From Stegostoma tigrinum (taxonomy: Eukaryota): a stretch of 64,000 nt of DNA. Shown piece by piece: positions 59,255-64,000 of this stretch. The stretch lies in assembly GCF_030684315.1 (NCBI RefSeq), contig NC_081357.1:22615204-22679203 (forward strand), read 5' to 3'. Below the pieces are notes generated by a model. The model had not been told where the DNA came from. It saw only the letters and a program-made list of their open reading frames with translations, and did not search any database. Each line of letters starts with the position of its first letter. Position 1 is the stretch's first letter. A program made the translations under genes and the position numbers.

Positions 59255-62038
59255 ATTTGTGTTTTTTTTCAATGCAATGAGTATAACAGGTAAGGCAGAT
59301 GGACTTACAGTCTGGATTAGTATATGGAACTATGATGCTGTGGCTATTACAGAAACTTGGCTGAGAGAAGGGCAGGTCTGGCATCTCAACATGCCAGGGT
59401 TTAGATGTCTCAGGCTTGAAAGAGAGGAAAGTAAGAGAGATGGGGGTGTTGTGTTACCGATTAAGGAGAATGTCACAGCTGCAGTGAGACAGAACATCTT
59501 GGGAGGGCTCATCCAGCAAGATCTAACGAGTAAAACTCAGGAATGAGAAAGGTGCAATCACTATGATAGGGTGATAGTATTACTCTTCCAATAGCCAGTG
59601 GGAGATAAAGAAAGCATAAGCCGATCATAGAAAGATGTAAAAACAACAACATTGTTGTACTGGTTGATTTTAACTTCTTCAGGGGCTAAGAGGAGGCAGA
59701 ATTTGTTAGGTGCATTCAGCAGGGCTTCTTGAAATAGATGTAGGCATTCCAGCTTGGGAAGGGTACGTACAAAACCTGGTATTGAGAAATAAGCCTGGCC
59801 AAGTGATTCAGTAGGCTAGCATTTTGGGAACAGCAATCATAATTTACTGAGCTTTAAGATAGTTATGGATGAGGATGAGATTGATCCTTGGATGAAAATA
59901 CGAAACTGAGGGAAGGATATTTACAACAATATGAGGCAGGAACTGGAAAAATTGATTCTGGGCTGGTACATCTTTTTAGGATATTTGGGAGCCTTCTAAA
60001 GGCCAGTTGATCAGAATTCAGGACCAGCATGTTCCTGTGAGGATGAAAGTTAAGGAAAACAAGATTCAGGAATCTTGGATGACAAGAGATATTGAAAGAT
60101 GGTCAAAAAGAAAAAGGAAGCTTATGTAAGGTTTAGGAAACTGAAATTTGGCAAGTAAATATAAAGGAAGCAGTAAAGAAATTAAATAAGGAATTAGCAG
60201 GGTTAAAAGGGGCCATAAAATGTCTGGGCAGATGACTTTAGGAGAATCCAAAGACATTTTATACATACATTAGGAGCAAGAGGGTATCTAGGGAAAGCAT
60301 ATGTCCACTCAAGGACACAGGGGGAATTTATGTATGGAGCCAGAGAAAATGAGTGAGGTCTTTCATGAGTACTTTGCATCAATATTTAACAAGAAGGACA
60401 TGGATGTTGGTAAGATTAAGGATAGGTATGTTGTTATTGTAGGGTTTGTCAATAGTAGAAAGGAGGAGGTGTTACATGCCTTGAAAAACAGTAAGGTAGA
60501 TAAGTCTCCAGGGCCGGATGGGGTCTAATCCAGGATATTGAGGAAGGCAAGGGAAGAGAGTGCTGGGGCCATGCTGGTGATGTTTGTATCCTCTTTGGCC
60601 ACTGAAGAGGTCCCAGAGAATGGAAAATAGCCAACATTGTTACTTTGTTTAAGCAAGGCAACAGGACAAATGTGGGAAATTATAGGCCAGTGGGCCTTGC
60701 ATCATTGGTAGGGAAATTATTGAAGAAAATTCTTAAGGACAGGACTTACTGACATTTGGAAAGTAACAGACGTATCAGGGATAGCCAGCACAGCTTTGTG
60801 AGGGGGGATTTGAGTTTTTCAGGAAAGTGCTGAAGATGGTTGGGTAGTGAATACTGTCTATGTCGGCATTACTAATGCATTTGGCAAGGTGCCCCATGGT
60901 GGGCTGGTCCAGAAGATTAAGTTACACTGAATCCAAGGTGGGTTAGTAAGTTAGATCCAAAATTGACTTGGTCATAGAAGACAGGGGATAGTTGCGGAGG
61001 GGTGTTTTTTTCTGATGAGATGTCTGTGACCGGTGGAGCTCCAGAAGAATCAATGCTGGGGCTTCTGTTGTTTGCAATACAGAAAAAATGATTCGGATGA
61101 AAATACAGGTGGTCTCACTAGTAAGACTGCGGACAACGTGAGAATTCATAGAATTATGGATGGTGAAGGAGGTTACCAAAACATACAGCAAGATATAGAT
61201 CAGTTGGAAAGATGGCTGGAGAAGTGGCAGATGGAGTTTAATACAGACAAATGTGTGGTGATGGATTTTGGGAGGTCAAATGCAAGAGGGAAGTATGCAG
61301 TAAATGGTAGGACCCTTAGGAGCATTTATATACAGCGGGATCTTGGGATGCAAGTCCATAGATCCTTGAAAGTGGCAATGCAAGTGCATAAGGTGGTAAA
61401 GAAGGCATTTAGCATGCTTGCCTTCATAGACAGGGCACCGAGTGTAAACGTTTGCAAATCATATTGCAGCTTTATGAAGCTTCAGTTCGGCCACATTTGA
61501 AGAACCGTATGCAGTTCTGGTCCCCACACTACATTAAGGATGTGGAGGCTTTGGAGATGGTGCAAAAGACATTTATCAGGATGTCACCTGGATTAGAGCG
61601 TGTGAACGTGTGAACTATAAGGAGAGGCCAGGCAAACTTGGGTTGTTTTCGCTCGAGCACTGGAGGCTGAAGGGCAAACTGATAGAAGTATACAAATTTA
61701 TGAGAGGCACGGATAGAGTGGAGAGTCAGATTCTTTTTCCCAAGGTAGAAATATCAAATACTAGCAGGCATAGGTTTGAGGTGAGAGGGGCAAAGTTTAA
61801 AGGAGAAGTGCAGCAAAGTTTTTTTTGCACAGAGGGTGATAGGTGCCTGCAATGCAACCTGAGTGGAACCTGTAGAAACTGAAACGTTTAAGTGGCATTT
61901 AGAAACAGTAGGGCATAGAGAGATATGGGCCCTGTGTAAGTAGGTGGGATTAGGTTAAAATGGCATCACGGTCAACACAGACATTATGGGTGGAAGGTCC
62001 TGCTTCTGTGCTGTACTATTCTATGTTCAATGTTCTAT
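59255..62038 (+). mobile_element. Decayed CR1 LINE ORF2 (APE to RT to tail)
   Basis: FFNAMSITGKADGL...AVAITETWL, KSPGPDG, WQMEFNTDKCVVMDFG...QRDLG, tail ttctatgttc. Confidence 0.92.
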
Positions 62039-63387
62039 CCAGTTAATTTAATGGATTCAGATTACGTTTTGGCATGACCAGAGAGTTACGACTAAAATCC
62101 TTTACACTATTCACATTTAGTCTTCAGTGATCCAGTTGAAATCACAACCCTCAGAATAAGTGGTCTCGATGAAGCAGACTGAGTCAGAGTAAACATCAGC
62201 GGTCCTCTGAGGATCATCTGTATTTTGCCATCATTTTAAAACTCTTTGAATTGTAAAGAAGTGATTTCAGCTCCACAGGAGTCAGCTGTGGACAATAAAT
62301 TGTCATGTTTAAAGTGAGCTATTCTCACCTCAGGAAATCTCGTTGGATTTTCCAATTGAAAGATTTGGAAGAAATTCCGCTGTAAGTTTTATTCTATTTT
62401 GTTTTTGGGCTGCTCAGTTTAAAATTGGCATTTTTCTCGTGGTCCAAGAGAGTTAAAGGGGGCACTCACCTTCCATTTCCCAGCTTCAACTTCCCTTAAG
62501 CCTTATGGTTTACACAGTGAGGGATTTCTTTATTATCACTGCCCTGAAACAAATGGTCTCCAAAAAGATTTAAAAATGGGGTATTTTCTCATTTGGTTAA
62601 CATAGAGGGTCCTTCCCTTTCAAGGCATAAATCCGCAGCCTCCATCACACTGTGACTTCTGTAGCAATGCAAAAGGTGATGAAGAAAGGGTAAATGGAGT
62701 TGAAATATTTCATCAACAAACGCTGGAAACCAAAAATTACTGAATTCTATTGGACCTGGCAGCTCCAGGCTCAAACAGAACAACCATTCTGAATCTGGAG
62801 ACGCAGATTGCCAAGCAACAGAATGCACATTAATTCGTTTCCAAAGTGATATCATTACAGTTGGCAGTGTGCCCCATGGCATATGCCATCAAAAAAGATG
62901 AGAACAGCAACAATATGGTAACACCATCACTTACAAATTCTGCTCTAAGTTGTAAACATCCTGCCTCAGGCATATCAATATTCATCACATTATACAACTA
63001 TTACCATAAAAGTCAAAACTTAATTATTTCTGCACTTAAACCACCATTCTGAGCCGCTTGGGTGAGATTTTCCCAATCTGACCCTCAGGGGTTCAGGCTA
63101 GAATTTACGTCTACTAACCAAGACCAGCATGACCTGATCCAGTTTTCCTCCGGGCGCAGGATAAATTCCAGATGAGAACGTTCTAGGCAAGAAGGGTAGC
63201 ACCACTTCAGAGAGAGCACCGTGGGTGCACCTTCACAGGGAGATCAAGAGCTGCACCAGGACAGGAAGTGCAGCTAACCAGAATAAAGTGTCTAAACAGC
63301 CTCTTCGACAGCATTGACCTGAACTATCAGTTAAGTAAATGTCACCAAATCCCAAGGCCTCAAGCTGGGCTCAGGTCAGTGCTGCGC

Positions 63388-63945
63388 CATAGAAACATCG
63401 AAAATATGAGCAGGAGTAGGCCATTCGGCCTTCCTCCACCATTCAATATGATCAGGGTAGATAATCCAACTCAGTACCCAATTCCCACTTCCTCCCCAAA
63501 CCCTTCTTTATTCCTTTAGCCTTAAGAATTACATCTATCTCCTTCTTGAAAGCATTCAATGTTTTAACCTTGACCGTTCTCTGTGGTGGATAATTCCACA
63601 GGCTGGCCACTCTGGGTGATGGAATTTCTCCCCATCTCAATCGCAGATAGCCTACCCCCATGTCCTTAGACTGTGACCCCTGGTTCTGTGCTCCCCGGTC
63701 ATCAGCAAAAACTCCTTCCTGCATTTCTACTGCTCAGTCCTACATAGAACACAGAACATAGAACATTACAGCACAGTACAGGCCCTTCGGCCCTCGATGT
63801 TGTGCCGACCTGTCATACCGATCTGAAGCCCATCTGACCTACACTATTCCATGTATGTCCATATGCTGTTAGAATTTTGTAGGTTTCTATGAGATTCCCT
63901 CCTTCATTCTTCTAAACCTAAGAGAATACAGTCCTAACTGACCCG
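63388..63945 (-). mobile_element. CR1 3' fragment with a nested younger HER1-type tail (63742-63865)
   Basis: aggagtaggccattcggcc...ttccaca; nested catagaacattacagcacagtacaggcccttcggccctcg. Confidence 0.85.
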
Positions 63946-64000
63946 GGAACAAAAACAAAGTTGCTGGAAAAGCTCAGCAGGTCTGGCAACATCTGTGGAG
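63945..64000 (+). mobile_element. Left arm of a family B pseudo-LTR mini-element (cut by the window end)
   Basis: ggaacaaaaacaaagttgctggaaaagctcagcaggtctggc matches 5213-5250. Confidence 0.8.

Noticed and set aside
62328-62378. 51-nt minus-strand mini-exon (RNFFQIFQLENPTRFPE)
   Set aside because: The acceptor lacks a polypyrimidine tract, and splicing to the upstream candidate exon gives a stop.

Overview
Eukaryotic, repeat-dense non-coding DNA (intergenic or deep intronic). It is almost certainly from a shark or other cartilaginous fish, judging by the HE1-type V-SINEs, CR1/HER1-type LINEs and Deu-domain SINEs. I find no recognisable host protein-coding exon, and every protein-like ORF belongs to a decayed retroelement. 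The window holds three long CR1 LINEs (38.0-40.9 kb -, 54.2-57.5 kb -, 59.3-62.0 kb +) and many 3' fragments, two Penelope-like (GIY-YIG) remnants, two Gypsy LTR remnants with Gmr1-like features (SCAN-like gag; RNase H followed directly by PPT and LTR), Rex1-like fragments, at least four SINE families, two minisatellites and a CA microsatellite. The most interesting signal is a set of ~100-230 bp non-coding fold-back mini-elements made only of Penelope pseudo-LTR sequence. They carry minimal hammerhead-ribozyme cores (CUGANGA...GAAA.UH), a constant 33-35 nt one-sided tail and 9-17 bp target-site duplications. Family names come from recall of consensus sequences, not a database search, and boundaries of old fragments are approximate.
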